Positions 11,101-26,619 are shown, counted from the first letter of the stretch. The stretch: DNA of 64,000 nucleotides from Marsupella aquatica (GCA_973895155.1 OZ316894.1:11339892-11403891); one strand, 5' to 3'. Notes: a model not told the origin generated them from the sequence alone. Made by a program: numbers and translations.

Positions 11101-14100
11101 GGTACTCACTTTGGGTGCTTCCAAGTTGAAAGTTGCTCACTCACTCAGAGTATTGAATTCAGGATGGAGAGTGGGATTTTTGCAAAAAATTACAAGTCTT
11201 TGAATGTCATGGAATTGTTTGTTGTTGGCCTGACATCACATGCTCCTTCCTACTAACAACTTCTTTAGGTTGACCTAGGTCTGCCATGGAACCTTGCGAC
11301 TAGGAGAGATAGTATCAGGCCCCCATAGCCAGAACCTGCTTCATGGAGTCTTGGAAATACTGGAAGGAGGACATACCATTTGCACAATGTCTCACGAGAA
11401 AGTGATACACCAGGCGGCACGTGGGACGTGGTACAGTTTGACTGTGCTACATCCTTGTTGGAGGCTGTGTCCTCATGCAAAACCAGGAGGCTCCTGCTCA
11501 TGTGAGAGCCAATCCCACCAATGGGTTACATATAGATTCTTCGTCCCTTCTAAGGAGGTAGGAAAGCTTCATAGAGGTTACTTAATATTACATTAAGAGA
11601 TGTACAGGACTCCCACTATGGTAGCCCCTCCAACCATTTATTTTGAACCATTTTGTACACATAACTGGTCTACTGGCTGGATTGCCATCCATCACAACAA
11701 TAGCTTGATACGTAACTTCTTCTTCCCTAGTTCCTAATTTATAAAGAGGAAGGAAAAGCTTATATTTTTTGGGTAATGTGACATTGAGAAGCCCCCAGAA
11801 TCCCAAAATCCTTTGCAAAAGCACAGGTCTGTGTATGTGCAAAGCAATCAGGCAGGCGCATCAAGAAAACTGAGAGGAATTCACCTGGAGTCCTCACCAG
11901 CACCTTGAGCGTTTCTGAGCTTGACCACACAAGAATGTAAAAGCAGATCACCTTATGATCCAGAGAGCATCTCTTATGGTTACTGGGTTGGTCTACTATG
12001 ACACTATGTTGACCAAACCCAGTAATGTTGCAAAAAAAGGCAACCCCAATAGGTTACTGGGTTTTTTGGTTAATATGAGCTACTCTATCGTGCATGGGTT
12101 TTTCTTGTTATATATACATTAGCTGCTCTATGGCGCATTGACTGAATACGAGTTTAGTTCCTAGGTTCTCCAAGATCTAATGATTAGTATCCAACTCTGC
12201 CCATTTCAGGAGGTACTGAAAAACTCAGAAAGAATTGGCCTTGCTTTTTGACACGACATTGCTGCTGTATACAATAGACTAAAACAGGAACATCTTTATG
12301 CTATATTTAATTTAATGTAAACAGTACAACAACTACTGTAGTGCACACCATAGAAAATGCTCTCACCCCTTGTTGCATGTGTTGCAGGACTTTACTAGAT
12401 CGATTGTTTGGCTTTGGTTGAATGTATTGTCCTACATTTCCTGCAGGGTTGCTGCGCCATAGCACTGACTTGCATGAGGCCGAGGCCATTAGGCCAAGGC
12501 CAAGTAGACTACCGCGGCTGTAATTGAAGTCATCATTCTATCTGTTTGGGGAAGACTTTCCTGCCATGCAGAGCATAATTCTTTCTCTTCAAAATTTGAC
12601 TTTATTAATCCCAAACAGGAGGTAACAGAATGTCGTTCACTGAATTACAGTCCACAACGGATTTGTCTTGCAGACCTGCTGGCTTGCAATCCCTCCTCAC
12701 CAGTTGGAGACTTCGAGTCCAATACTCCAGTCCACTTGTCTGCAACTTGTGAAATGGGTTCTGGACTGTCATGTGACTCGTCATGTGCACTTTCATGATA
12801 CAGAATAGTGAGTGCTACCTGGCGTCAATATTATCCGTCCGTCAGTGCAGGACACAGCCCTCTGATCACGAACCTGTCGCCAGTGAGTTAGTACTTGAAT
12901 GCTGCATGCAGGATGCAGAAGAGTGAAGACTTTTTATACAAGATCGATCAAGCTTACTTGACGAGTTGTGGCAGCTATGAAGAAGCATTACTAATCTACA
13001 CTGTAGTAGCTATGCAGCTACAGTTAATACAGTAACTTGCCCCTGTGTTCCACCCACACCTTTTCTGCGCAAGAACTTGATGGGGATGTATGGCAATGTT
13101 TGAACTAGGGTTTGGCAGTGTTTGAAAAAACATGTTTGCAACCATGCTGGACTCCTCTCCTGTTTCTGCTCTGCCTGGACCTCCCCTTATTATGTGCACA
13201 ATATTAGCACACTGCCAATGAACAATCAATACTGGGAGATATATACTGTAGTGTCCCAAAGGCAGGAGATAGAAAGAAAAGCCTCGGCACCTGAAGCTCA
13301 AGATTAAAACACTTAGGAGGGTCCTGAAGAGGAATTTGTCTAGAAGCCCTACAACAACTCCCAGCTTTTACAAAATGTGCAGCTGGTTTCATTGGGGAGG
13401 CCTCCCCTCCTCTCTTTTGGAAGCCTCATAGCACCTTATGACAAAATCCATTTAAGGACCAACAAAAAGGAAAGTGGTGAACAATTATCTGGTGGTAATG
13501 GACTTCGAGCACAAAAAGAACACGCACCCAAATAAATTAATACTAAGTAGACTATGTTGTTGTTCTGGTCATGGACAACCTAGGATGTGCTTCCACAAAG
13601 GTGTGTGTTTATTTAAAGCTTGGAAGAAAGGAACGCAAGTGTCAACAACATGCCAAGCGTGAGCTCATTATTCACCTAAACTTGGTGATTGTTTGATTAA
13701 ATGATTGGTCTTCTATTTTGTCTCCTCTCCTCTTTGGTGGGTACCCAAGCTATAGTGTTCTTTACTTAGAGAAATTCAACTGGTATTATCAATAGTTGCC
13801 CCTTACAGGGAAGGGCAAAAGCATCCCTCCATATTTCACTCTCAAGAGAAGTATTGGGGCAGCGACAAACTTAGAAAATTTGTTGGCTGAATTCATCATA
13901 TCACTGGCTTTTGGCTTCAAGTGTTCTCGTCCAGAGATGCTCTTAGAGAGTAATATGCAACCAAAGGTCTTGCCTGTGGTAAAACCAAAGGGAAAGACCC
14001 AACACTAATGCCCTGACTAATGCACACAGTTCACACACACAAGCCAACCAGCCAAAGTCCCTCGTGTGGTAATATACTGATACTTTGTTCTCTTACCTTT

Positions 14101-14233
14101 CAGGTTCTGTTAGAGCATCTCCACTGCTGCTCTTTCCGGCCCACTAAAGCGCGAAATGAACTGATGGAGAAGACTTCCGGTGAAATCTCCCCCTTTAATC
14201 CCCACCGGTGACCCGCCTTTGCAAATCTAAAGT

Positions 14234-14354
14234 GTCAAATCTTTTTTTAGCATGAGAGGCGGACATCAAACAAGCCTTCTGATTCAAACCTCCGTCAAAT
14301 CCTTTTGTAGCATGAGAGGCGGACACCAAACAAGCCTTCCAATTCAAACCTCCG
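14234..14354. repeat. ~60-bp direct tandem duplication
   Basis: GTCAAATC..TAGCATGAGAGGCGGACA.CAAACAAGCCTTC..ATTCAAACCTCCG occurs twice back to back. Confidence 0.85.
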
Positions 14355-17300
14355 TTCTCGCCCACAGCAGAAAAGACACATCCAATTCAATTTGTGTAGC
14401 ACATTTGCAGGCATGAACACACAATGGAGTTCAGGTTGAGAGCCTTTTGATGGGGTTGTGGACTACTAGTAGAACATCATGGTAACTGTCTCAATGCCCA
14501 AAAACACACCTCTAGTTGTATTCCCGTTTCTATTTTCTAGGAGCCTTGGCCACTAAACCAAAGCAGAATGATGCTCTTGCCTCGTCCAATGTAGAAAAAA
14601 TGTTGATGGAGTCTTGCATAGGAAATTGACTGGTTAGAATAATTGAGTCAACTGAACAAGTGAAGTCCAATAGTTGGACGTGAGTGGATATGGTTGGTAT
14701 CCCCTAAGCAAGGTAGCCATGGTAGGGTATTTTGCATTTGTACAATTAATTATATGCACGATTTTTCATGGTAATGTTGTAGAAAGCAAGTGAGACTGGC
14801 CTTAGAAAATACAGGAGGGGATATATTAGTTCAGTTTTCTTGAGCTCTTTAGTCACTGACTTGGTGTATTAAGCTAGTAGAAAACGGATAACTTCGGCCT
14901 TTCTTCAGGATTTGCAGAGGAGATAAGGAAGGAATGTAAATTTGGACCTTTATGGACTTTTTGAATGCAATATTTACTTATAAACTATCGTAAGGTTTTG
15001 GATAGCCATTACGTCTTTCCCGTATCTTAAGCGATGCTGCCAATTTCAAAGGTCGTTGAAGATCTGGCCAACGGAGTTGCAGCGTTCATTCAATTTCAAT
15101 TCAAAATGGCATACCTTGGACCTCGGTTTACTAGTAACGTAAGTAGAAATTGCATACCTTGGACTGCTCTAACATTTTGATTGGTTGGGACATCTAGCAG
15201 GGCAGAATACTTGATAACTTAGCTGAATTGCTAAAATTTAGCTAGATTCCACCTCTCTGAAAAGTATTGATTCTCCAAAAGCTGCTAAACTTGGCTAGTT
15301 TTTCCCCCAAATACCACAAAGAGGGAATCCAAGCGCAAGGGCTCACATCACACCTAGAGGGCATAGATACCAAGATATATTTTTTGCCAAAAGGTTAAGG
15401 TCACATTCTTCACCTCTGCATACATGCAAGTTGGTTCATTGCGTGTTAAATCTACATCAAATTAATGCGCTCCGTACACTAGAACATAAACTAAGACATT
15501 ATATTTATGATTTACAAACTAAATTATTTGAACAACATGTATCTTAGTTTACGTTCTGGTTGTCCCGCACATATATTTAACTCAAAGAATATTTTCACCA
15601 AGTGCACTAAGAAGACTTTCACCAAGCCGACTAACAAAGAAAACCCTTCAAAACTGAAGCTGCCTAAGGTGTTTGATTGGTTAGGACATGAAACACGGTA
15701 CAGTAGTGGGTTCATATTGTAGAGCTCGCTCCCAGTGCGAGCATGGTTGCCTCGTTGGACTAATGGGAGGCGAAGATGTCAACTGTCGAGATCCCCAGAT
15801 TTCTCCCCAGATTTTGTTGGTCGATGCTCAATCTGAGAAGTGATGGAGAAAAGACCGTACACAACGATAAAATCCATCCCAGGTTTCCGCAACATAAGTT
15901 TGTCTGTCGCATGGGGACGAATGGACGAGGGAGTGCTCACTTTTTGTGCTTATGCGTGTCATTCATCCAGATTCTGAGGACTGGTCTAGTGGTCTGGGGC
16001 ACGATGATTATTTTTATACGACGAAAAATGGCCAAGAAGTCCAAGCTGGCGGGGATTGGCATCATCGATTTCCAGTTTAGCATTAATTAAAGCACCGCAG
16101 TGGGATGTGGTTCCCAGAATTTTTTCAGCCCATTCGGTTAATGCCCTAAGGAATAAATTCGTCACGATCGTTCCATTTGTCGACATCAATTTACTTCTGA
16201 CGGCTAAATTACGGGCTTAATTCTAAGGATTTTTAAAATAGGCCACGATGTGCCTTTGTCGACCACAACTCATGTTTGACGGTTGAATTTCCCCCTATTT
16301 AAGGAGACCGATCTGATTGGGCGATGGATTTTGGGGGAGTTGGAATTTGCAAATCTTCGCCACTAGAACAGTAATGCTAGAATCCTCCCATCACGGCCCC
16401 CTCATGGCCAGGCCTTATTTTTTAAGGATTTTTTAAAAGTTCTGAATTATGCGGGACGGGTTATCTTGTCTCGATATCAGATGTTAAGAACATTCTTGAT
16501 ACATTTCCTAAATTTAATTTCGATGGATAAATTTAACGGGCTGATCTGATTGGGTTCACAGGGACTTAGAATTTGGCAATTTTTGGCTTGAAAAGAAATG
16601 TTGGAGGCCTCGCATCCTCATGTCCAGTGGTACATAGTTTGTGTATGTTGTGTAAATGATGATAATTCATAACATCTACATGCACATGTGCACTGTCCAA
16701 AATACAAGTACAATAGGATCCCTTCTTTTTAGTTCTTCTTCCCAATACAAAAAATTCATGAACTAAAAAATACACAATAGTTGAATTTTTTATTAGTTGT
16801 TTTCTCTGACCATTAACAAAAACACCCCTGGCACATATGTGCTTCCCCATAATTAAACCCCCCCCCCCCCTATAGGGGCCCTCCTTGCACACCGCAATGC
16901 CCTAGCATAGGGCTTGTAAATATATAAATAGTCAACACAAAACTATACTTGTAAACCCCACAATGTTTTGGTAAGAGTACTTTAGTACACTTAACTAAAG
17001 GTTAAGAGATTGTTGTTTTAATTTTAGGAGAAATAAAGCAGCATTTTAATAAGAGATTTAAAGCTAGGATGGAATCTCTGGTGACACAGGGCACCTTTGG
17101 ACCACATTCTGGTGGGCCATAGGAATGTGGGGCTCATACCTTGATAATTAGGAGTCCCAAAATAAGGGTGGCTTTACAAGACATTGGGGGGCAGTTTCCA
17201 CGTTTTCCTTACTCCCAGATCTGATCAGGACCATCCATTCTGGGGAACGTGATGCTTTTCACTGTTGGGGGCACTTTCAACCTAACCTGTTAACTATCCT

Positions 17301-20300
17301 ACATCGAATGGAGGGGGCCCAATTTTTGCTTATGTGGAGCACTCTATTATCTAGATTTTAGACCACCTCTGTTCGAGGTCTCTTTGTTTGGTCCCTTGGT
17401 CCATTCCTATTTCAAATCATTTGCATTAAAATTGGACCCACAAGTCCCATAAGATATTTTCTTGTCACATCTGGAAAGACTTTAGCCAAATAATAAGTAA
17501 CATTCAGGTGCAGTGGGTCCTCAATCTGTCTTTTGGCAAATTAATCTAGCACCACTGGCTGCACTTTGCTTTACAAGACCTTGGGGGCCATAAAAGAATT
17601 GATTTCCAAAAATGCTTTTAGCCCCCAACACTACATTTGGTATATGCAATGGCCCTCAGTTTGCTTTGGTGGAAAAACCTCCCAATAAGTCTTGTAAAGT
17701 CATTCTAAATTACAGATTTGCACCTTCAAGGCAATTAGAGCTGATTTCCATAATCTTGGTCGGGGAATTTCATTTTGCCAAGATGAACCATTGCCCACCC
17801 TCCCTCAGACCTTCCGTGCTTTTTGGAAGTGGGGTGGACTTTTGGCTCCCTCTTTGGGGGTTGGGGCAATTGATTTGGTGGTGTGATCCAACTGTCCACA
17901 TGATTACTGCTTGTTGGTTCCCATTTCAACATTTCAATATCTGTGTTTCTCCTGTATTTTGTTTTGTTGATTTCTCACCTAAAGTTTGCATCGAGATGGT
18001 TTTGCTTTCCCCTTAGGGCCTTGCTTAGGGGTAACAACACCCCAAACGGATTGTGAGAGGCTGGCAAGGAGGGGAAAGAGAGAGAAAATTATGAAAGGGT
18101 GCGTTGGGATGGAAGGAATATGGAAAATGGAGGGGATAAGTAAGATTAGGTTCAGTTGTTTTCTCTTCCAAAACCTTTTGCAGTGTGTGCCTCAAGTCTA
18201 CATATAGCTTGGCTCTCACTTCAACTGTAGTCATAACTCTTGCCTCTACTGTTAACCCAACTTTACCTTGCTTTCAATTTGCAATCATCTGCCCAGCTTG
18301 ATGATACCTGCTTTCGCTTTGCAATCATTTGCATCATTCAACAATGGGAGATTCCATGTAACCACATTTCACAATGCGGCACTTTTCACAAGGACACACT
18401 TTCTCTGCCAAAACAACAACAACCGGACATGGCATGCAGTAACAACAACATAACAACTGAGAGACGCATTGGCATTGGGCTAGTAACACAGAACAATATA
18501 CTTAGCTCAAATGCACACTTGTATGCCAGATTTCCAAAGAGGTTTGTTTAATAAATAGGAAAAACATACCTTCCCAAAAGCTGCATGCACGCATTTGTGA
18601 CATTTCTTAGGAAGCCAGGAAGGTTACTTTAGGACATGACTTGACTTGAGGGCACACCACCACGTGCAATAACAGCCGGCTTTGTGTAAAACACTTTCCA
18701 AAACTACCGTTGCAAAGTGTGAACTTTGGAGGTGTATGTTGTGTAACCGTTCATACACCATTAATAATGGTGATTTTGGGTTGAAAATAGATTTACTAAT
18801 CACATCAAAATTTCTTGGACGTTCTGTCAAACCTCTAAATTATCCTCAAATGTTGTGGAACCGTTTACTTCACCATTAGTAATTGTGATTTTGGGCTGAA
18901 AGATAGATTCACTAATTATTTTTCTTGGACACCGTCAAATCTCTAAATTAACATCAGCCACCAATGTTTTGCGGCATGTATCCCATAATTACAAAAACAT
19001 GATTAATTATCTGGGGCAGGTGTATCTGACGGGATTAGGCATGTATCCCATACAAACAAAGCAGGATGGCTAAGTAATTATCTTGGGGAGGTAAATCTCA
19101 CGGGAATGGATGGGAGGCCAGATGCTATGTAGGCTCTGAATCTCCCCAGGCAGGCATAACCAGTGTATCAGACAACTAAGGGAGGCCAGATTTTTTTATA
19201 ATAAATTCTAACATTTTCAAATCAGAAATACCGTTCTATGGATCTATAGACCCTAAGATGGGCAACTAAGATTGCTACATCCAACATGCAAATTTCAACG
19301 GTTCGTATCCAACCCATCATAACCAATCAGATTCAAAGGATGCAGTTTTTCAGTTTTCAGGGAAAAAACACCAATCCTTTTGGAATTGAGCCCCTGATTG
19401 CATCGGGTAATTGTAACGTGCGAGCAAACAGTAAAAATTTTACTCGCACAAGCAAAAAAAATTCCTGCATGACCCCTGTTTTTCTACATGCAACTGCCTC
19501 GCTATCAACTCCCTGGTTGGTAACATCCCTTTTGGGGACTCCCTTTTTGCTAGCGAGCTGGCTAGCAATCTGGAATCCTTAAAAAAACACAAAAAATGTA
19601 AAGGGCACCAAAAAGCAACTGATATTTGGAACCATTATTGTCTCACTATCAAAATCTCCTCGCTATCAAAATCTCCTGTTTGCTCGCAACATAGAATACC
19701 TCGATTGCATCGCCCCACTCTTTGCAAGGGAAAAAAGATGTGTTCAACATACTCTCTTGGTGTCAAATGCAGGGGGGCGCTACAGATTATTTTTAGACCA
19801 CCACACGCCATGGCAAAAAATAACCCTAAATAGTATCCCTTCCTAAATTTGTGGCGCAATATGGTAAGGGGGGGGGGAGAGAAATATTGGAGGAAAGTGA
19901 AAAAAGGAAAAGTCTTGTACATTTCCCCCTTTTAAATGCTAGTGGCGGTTTAAGAAAAAACCACCCATGAGCAAACCACACAATTGGCCTCTTCTATATT
20001 TACAGACTTGTCCCATGTACTATTTGGTAAGCTTTTCATAATCAAATAATTTTCTAGACATGTTTTCAATCCTCTCTTCACCTTCCAAGTAAAACACAAT
20101 TTTTGGATATAAAATTTGTCCTTTGAGACTGATCAAAGATGCATATTTCTCAATCCAAGCAAGCATTATGCTATTCATATGGAGTGGTCATTTTATGATA
20201 TTTAGAGGGAAGCTTGCATGAGGCTATTTTATCTCTTATTTCCTGAAAAGAGAAACCCCCCTCAAGCCATGAAAGGGTGGATGAGAGGAGTTCATGGTAT

Positions 20301-20873
20301 TATGACGGCTAATTGGCCCAGTTTTTTCTCAGTTGTCACTTGGCTTTTGAGGGAGTAAGTTGTCCATTTCTGTGTATGTATGATCCTTACAACCCCTATT
20401 CATTTGCTTTCACACTATCCAGACAAGCCCAATTGCCTTTCAATAATGATCCTCCAAACTATTGTCAGTGCTATTTCAGATTTGTGCCGTAATCCTGACT
20501 TTTTCTTGAATCCAAAGAGGAGAACATCAACCCTAAACAATCAGACCTCAAAGATGATCAGCTGATAGTGATATATCAAGTTTGACAAGACATCCACTCA
20601 ATTACTTTGTTTCACCCCGTTGTTTGTTCTTTAATAGTTTACTTTCCAAATTTTTTGACCTTTGACTCACGGGGTCTAACTTTTTCATCTTACCCATCAT
20701 ACACAAAAAGTTGTGATTGTTTTTTGTTGTAAACATTAATGTTCCAATTTGTGATTGAATGTAATGATGTGGCCGCACGTGGTGCCAGTGATTTGGAAAG
20801 AATTTCCCACTGGTCCCTAAATATCAAACTACTGAGTGGGGACTAAATAATATGAGCCCGAATGCCCATTCAT

Positions 20874-21014
20874 GTTAATAAAAATGATGACAAAGATCAT
20901 CATGCATGACCATCATTTTGACCCATCCTTTTTTTCATCCACATAATTTTGGTGGGGCCCTAGAGTCAAGGTCTAGGGGCTTCACTCTTGAAACCTAGAG
21001 CCTGACTCTAGCTT
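20874..21014 (+). repeat. Dispersed hairpin-containing repeat (MITE-like), copy 1
   Basis: Similar to the reverse complement of 47721-47879; internal inverted arms CTAGAGTCAAGGTCTAGG...CCTAGAGCCTGACTCTAG. Confidence 0.7.
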
Positions 21015-21607
21015 GTTATGGCAATTTGTTAGTAAGATTTCCTCTTATTGTATTGTCTTAAATTTATGTTTGCGTGGAAGGAAATGAGTGTGCTTTTAGC
21101 GCTCTTTAATTGTATAGCTCCTACAACAAAATTGTGAGATGACCAAAGAATCTTTTTGAAAAGTGCTACCTTCTTGTCCTATAAAAAGGTACGCTATCTA
21201 AGGGGGCGCCTGTGGCTTTTTGCACATGGAGCACTTAGAGTTTGGCCTCAATTATTAGAGTGCACATATTATGACATCCATGTAGAAGAGAAGAGATAAT
21301 ATAATGAAATGATGAGTCTCCCTTTGTCTTTTTCTCAAGTTTCTGACTATATTATTGTACATTTATGCAAGTGTATGCACACTCGTAACATGTGGAATAC
21401 CTGTGCCAAAGCCATTCAATGGTGTTCAAACTTCCCCTTCCCCAACAAACTTCGAACAAGACTGAAACAATGAAGTTAAGGAACTTAGAAGTTTCTTTGC
21501 TCCAGTTTTTTAACTTCCATTTCGATCAGAGGATCTTGTTCTGTTTCTACGTCAGCTCGCTGTTGCAAGCATGCATCCATGATGAAAGAGGGTATCACAA
21601 TATAAGG

Positions 21608-21905
21608 TGTAGGATAAAAACAGGCAGCATGATATCTCCAAGACTTGCAACACATATCACACCAGTAACCAACACAAAGATATGTGGTTTGCCCTTTACT
21701 CGCTACATCCACGGTTGCACCAAGACCTTCACTATGAACATGAAATGTACATCACCATATTTCCATGGTCCAAGCTCTCTATCTTGCTATCTCTCTCACA
21801 CACCAAGTTTTCAACTACTAAGTGTTCTCTCTCATGAAGAGTCTACTTAACTCTGGTCATCTTACTCTAGTTAACCTAGCCAAAGGTTGAGTCAAAACCC
21901 TAACA
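21608..21905. mobile_element. Possible solo LTR
   Basis: TGTAGG...CCCTAACA termini, flanked by TAAGG / TAGGG (4 of 5 match to a TSD). Confidence 0.35.
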
Positions 21906-24249
21906 TAGGGTGCCCAATTCTGGGATACACAGTGCTATATTACTTGGACTTTGTTCAGGCCGCCTTAGCTTGAAAGGGTTATTGTCATAGCTTCAATTAT
22001 TGATTAAGGGTCCACAGGTAGTCAATATCTGAGTGGGTAATTTTTGGGATTTATTTATGGTCTTTCAGCAAAACAGCTGAGAAACCCATTCTTAATGAGA
22101 TCAACAAACTTTTGGGCAAGGCTTGCTTGAAGGCAGGTTTCCCTTGGGAAATTAGCGGCCCCACTTCCTCCCCCTCTTCCCCTTGGTCTTTGCCTGCATG
22201 CAATTTCTAATGTGTTTTTCTTGGCTTTTGTTTTTCAAAGTGTCAGGGCAAGTGTCTTCATTTCCCTTTCTTGGGGAGCATTACTGAACCATGAGGATTT
22301 TGTCCTTCTAATTGAAAAGCCTTGTCACATTTAATGAAAAATAAATCTTGACAGAAATCAAATAAATATGGGGCAAGCGTCCTCACTTTGTTGCATATTA
22401 AAGCAAGGACAAAAACCTTCATACCCGCCTTCACAACATCCTTAGATAGAAGAGAACCTTTCAAACCTCATCCTACAAGGGGCTGCTAGTAACCTAACCG
22501 AGCAACCAACAACTGACTTCTTCAATTTACAACAGCAGACAAAGTTGAATACAGGGCTAATATGCCCCCAACATATCCTTGAGTGAGCCAAGACTCTTTC
22601 CAAGTTGCTTAATTGACCCCCTATGGACTGTTTCTTACTTAATCAACGGGGATGTTCAGATCTGCCCCAATCGACCCCCTCTCACAATTTCTTACATATA
22701 GTTCTTGGGAAGAGCAGTATCTCGAGCAGTATAGGGAGACTTTACCACAGTGAACTCTAATTACCTATCATATGAGCCCGTGGTCTTGTCCGTGGTATGC
22801 TGCAATTATGTCGAGATAAGAGTCGGCCCACAATCCACGCGTGATAAGATCGAATGACATCGGACGTAGTCGTGTATACTTTTGTATTTGAAGACAAAAC
22901 TAGTATGGTCTTCAAACATTTAGGGGTCTCCAGCAGGGTCTCCATTTGTATGAAGTTTAGAGGTAATAAACCCATAATGTTCATATATAGTTGCTTTGTT
23001 GACAATCTTTATCAGTGCATTCCACTAGAGACAAATCTATGTTTGGATCTCACTCACAGAAAATGCTTTGCTGGATATCTTTGACACAGATTAATTTGCT
23101 AAATTGGCACACTTGCGTTCAAAAATTATTAAAATTTCTCAAAATGTTTCCAATCTTTATACTGCAAGACCATTATGACAGCCATGAATCCAAACACTTG
23201 TAAAATTCTCCAAAATCTTTGAAGTGTTTGTCGTTTTGAATTTGAGTTGCCTTTGCTTCCACTACGAGCAATTGAACTCAGACACTTTGCACTATGTACT
23301 CTCAACAAAGTGTATTCACTAGAATAAACATATCAACAACAATTGATGACAACATCAAATTCTTACGCACTTTCTTATAGGCTTTCCCATCAGTTATCCT
23401 GGCCACATCCTAAACCCATGTGCAATTGCGTCTTGTTTTTGGGCACGCTCTATCACTATAACACAATGACCCTCTTTTGCGAAACACCCTCCCTCGCATG
23501 CAACAAAGGAAATAATATCAGCCAACTCCTTGTTGCGAAACGCCGCGCATCTCAACATCGTCGCTCTTTTCCATGCCCACACCTTTGCAACCGGACCTTT
23601 GCAAGAGCTTCGCACTTTGCAACTGTTTAAACATCGCACACAAGTGCGATGCCATACCTCTCGCAATATTTGTGAAGCAGGCACTATGGGCGCGTTTGCG
23701 ATTCGACGAGCAACACTAGTAAATGTAGCGATGCTGAAATCATTGCCAGATTGCGATATAGGACACATTGGTAGATTGCGAGCCATACTATCTCTCCATA
23801 CTGCGATACGTTTATGTTCGCTCCATTTGAAAAATTAAACACATCTGAAATGTGCGGAAACTGTGTGTTCGCATATTTGCGATTTAAATAATGTCGCAAA
23901 CGTTGCGAGGATGAGTGTTTAGGAAGTTTTGCGATGGTTGTGTCTTGGCTATTTGAGATGACAGCTGGTTCTCAAGGGTTTTGCAAAAGGTATTTTTGAA
24001 GTATTAGGGTATAATAGGGTTTAGTGGTTTAGGGAGACAATTCATACAGTTGAAGGAGGGAGAAAAGGGATGTAGGTAGACCGGAATGCCGCAATTAAAA
24101 TGGCATTATTCAAAAAGTACAAAAGTTACAAAATGGAAGGGTAAGAACCCTTAGCTAAAAGTTGCATGTCCATGCTAATCCCTATACATGTGAACTACCT
24201 AAGTCTCTAGGGTAATCTACGCACCTATCTAGATAGAGCTAGAAAGGAG

Positions 24250-26300
24250 AGTTCATGCCCCTCCTTGACTTCTTCCCCTTGGCCTTCTCCTTGCCCTTGC
24301 GTGCTCTTTGAGGGGGACCGGGGCCTCCTCCTCCTCTTGGTCTCCCTCCTCATCCTCATCCCCATCACCATCCCCATTCCCATCCCCTACCGCACTACCA
24401 CTCGCAGCACCAGTGGAGTGTGCTGATGCAAATGACAGCTCTCCAGTGCTAGTTGGCCTGACTCGACTAGCAGGAGCAGTGCTCCCCTCCCCTGTCCCCT
24501 CCTCATCCTCATCGCTACTATCACCCTCAGTATGGGAGTCACCATCATCATCCGGTCTCTGTTACATTAGCAAACCAGCCATGCATTAGTCATATAGAAC
24601 CTTACAATTCAGTGAATGACATAAGAGGGAATTTTTCATAAATGCAATCAACACATTAACCTGAAAATTAACGGTCACCAATAATTGATCAACTTGCTGA
24701 AAGAGATGCTCCTTCCCATGTTTATGGCCCACCTCCATCTCAGCCGCTGTGATCTTCCTCTTGTACCTCTTGTACTAACCAAAACAAAAACCGACACAAT
24801 TGGTCAAAACCAAGCAATAACGGCAAGCCAAAATGCCTTAAAACAATTAGAGGGGTTAATTAGGTGCTGGTGGGGTTGGGGCTTAGGTTGGGGGTGGTTT
24901 TACAAGGGTGGCATGGGGGCTTACAACCCTCAAACAACACTTGAACGTTTTGAAATTTTCAAAAATTCAATTTTTTTGAATTTTCCAAGGCTCCAGCTTT
25001 GCAAACGTAAGGGAAAACTAGGTTGCAAAAGTGATTGAGATGGGCGTGGCTTTGCAAGGGCATTGCAAAACTATTTCCAAAAAAGTGAATAACAAGGTTT
25101 GCAAAGCGACGCGCATCGCCAATGCTTTGCAAACTCTTTTATGACGAAAAGTCGAAAGGGAAGAAAATGTACGTGACCTAATCTAACACAACAACTCCAA
25201 TTGGAAGTACTTGGTGCCACAGCAGAAAAGAGTTGGGGCATTGCAGGTGTGTTGGAATAGAAATTGGAGGAGTAAGAAGTCAAGAGAGGAGAGGGCGATG
25301 CACTCACAAATGCTGCTTTGAGGCCGGGGAGGCCACCTTGACCAAGCCTGTGGGTGATGTTGGGCTTGTCTCGGACTCTCTCAGCTGCCTTCAGGAACTT
25401 GTTGGGTGGATCTCCCACTTCTGCTACAACCTGCTGCAATTGGGCCACCTTCTGCTCCATCATCTTCAGGTCACGGTCAGACTTCCCGGGCCTTTGTCAA
25501 CTTCTCTGTAAATTCATTCAGGACCCTGGCTGCTTTCAACTTCACCTTCGTGGCGTAGAAGGCCTACCAGATATCTTCTGAGAACTGTAGCAGCCTCCCC
25601 AAATTCCTGTACTCAGGACTCCAGATCTCTCAGGTGAGCTCTGATCTTCATCCTGTCATGGTATCGTGCTTGTGACATGGAATTTGAGATTTTATCAGTA
25701 AGCCATTGTGAATCCATCTCTCCTCCATTTTGGAATGCATCTTTCACCTGATTGATCACTCGCTTCTGCTCTGCCTTGGAGAGAGTGCTCGACTCGACTC
25801 CTCTTGCAAAATTTGTGGACACAATGTGTCTGATTGTGCTCTTGGCCCCATTGTAAGCAAGCTCTGTGGGAATTCCCTCATCCTCTAATGTGATCAGAGG
25901 CAGCTTCCTCCTTGCCTCCTCCTTCTTTCTCTGCTCCTCCCTCTGTTTCCTGATCAAGTCTCTCTCATCTTTCCTCCTCTTCTTTTCCAAGGCTTGAGGG
26001 GAGAGTACTCCAGCCTGAGCTCTCTCATCCCTCTTTCGCTTCTTCTCAGCGGCCTTCTGCTTGGCTGTCCTCCTTTCTTCCTCCTCTCTTGCTGCTTTCC
26101 CTGCACTGAGACCAGATTGCAAGGCCTGGCCCAATAATGCACTCAACCATGCAAGCCCTGCTGGAGAGGTGAAATCAATCTTACTCAACTGCGCAACCGA
26201 GAAATGGTCATCCACCATCTTTGGAAGTCGATCCTCCTCCTCTTGGTTGCCTCCGCTGCTGCCAAAAGCTCCTCCATCACCTCGATCCAGTTCCCCCTCC
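24250..26300 (-). pseudogene. CACTA accessory TnpA/PTTA (Transposase_24)-like gene, disrupted
   Basis: ORF 25613-26539 (charged coiled coil) continues through a frameshift and stops into ...NITHRLGQGG (PTTA-like H-x-x-G motif), then a small exon at ~24660-24775 and an acidic last exon at ~24570-24250. Start codon uncertain. Confidence 0.6.
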
Positions 26301-26619
26301 GCTTGCCATCGCTCCTCCCTTGCCTGTGCAGCTCTCTCCCAAGGCCCGCAAGAAATGGATCTGCCTTGTCCGCGCTCGGCAAATGATAAGGACAATAGAG
26401 TTAGGGTTTGCGAAGTCATTCTCATCGCAGTTTGTGGTGTTTCTACCTTCTCAACCAGCTTTGCAAACGCTATCTTTGCAAAGAATACAACTTCACAAAC
26501 GTGTTTGCTATTGGGTTTGCAAAAACCCCCATCTCGCATGTGTATTTTCTGTGAGCAGGGATACTAAGAGGGGTAATAAACATTAAATTTGGTACAAGTA
26601 ATTCATTGGATGTGATCAT

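Noticed and set aside
11265-11951. Fragmented minus-strand coding-like sequence
   Set aside because: Many stops and no motif I can assign.
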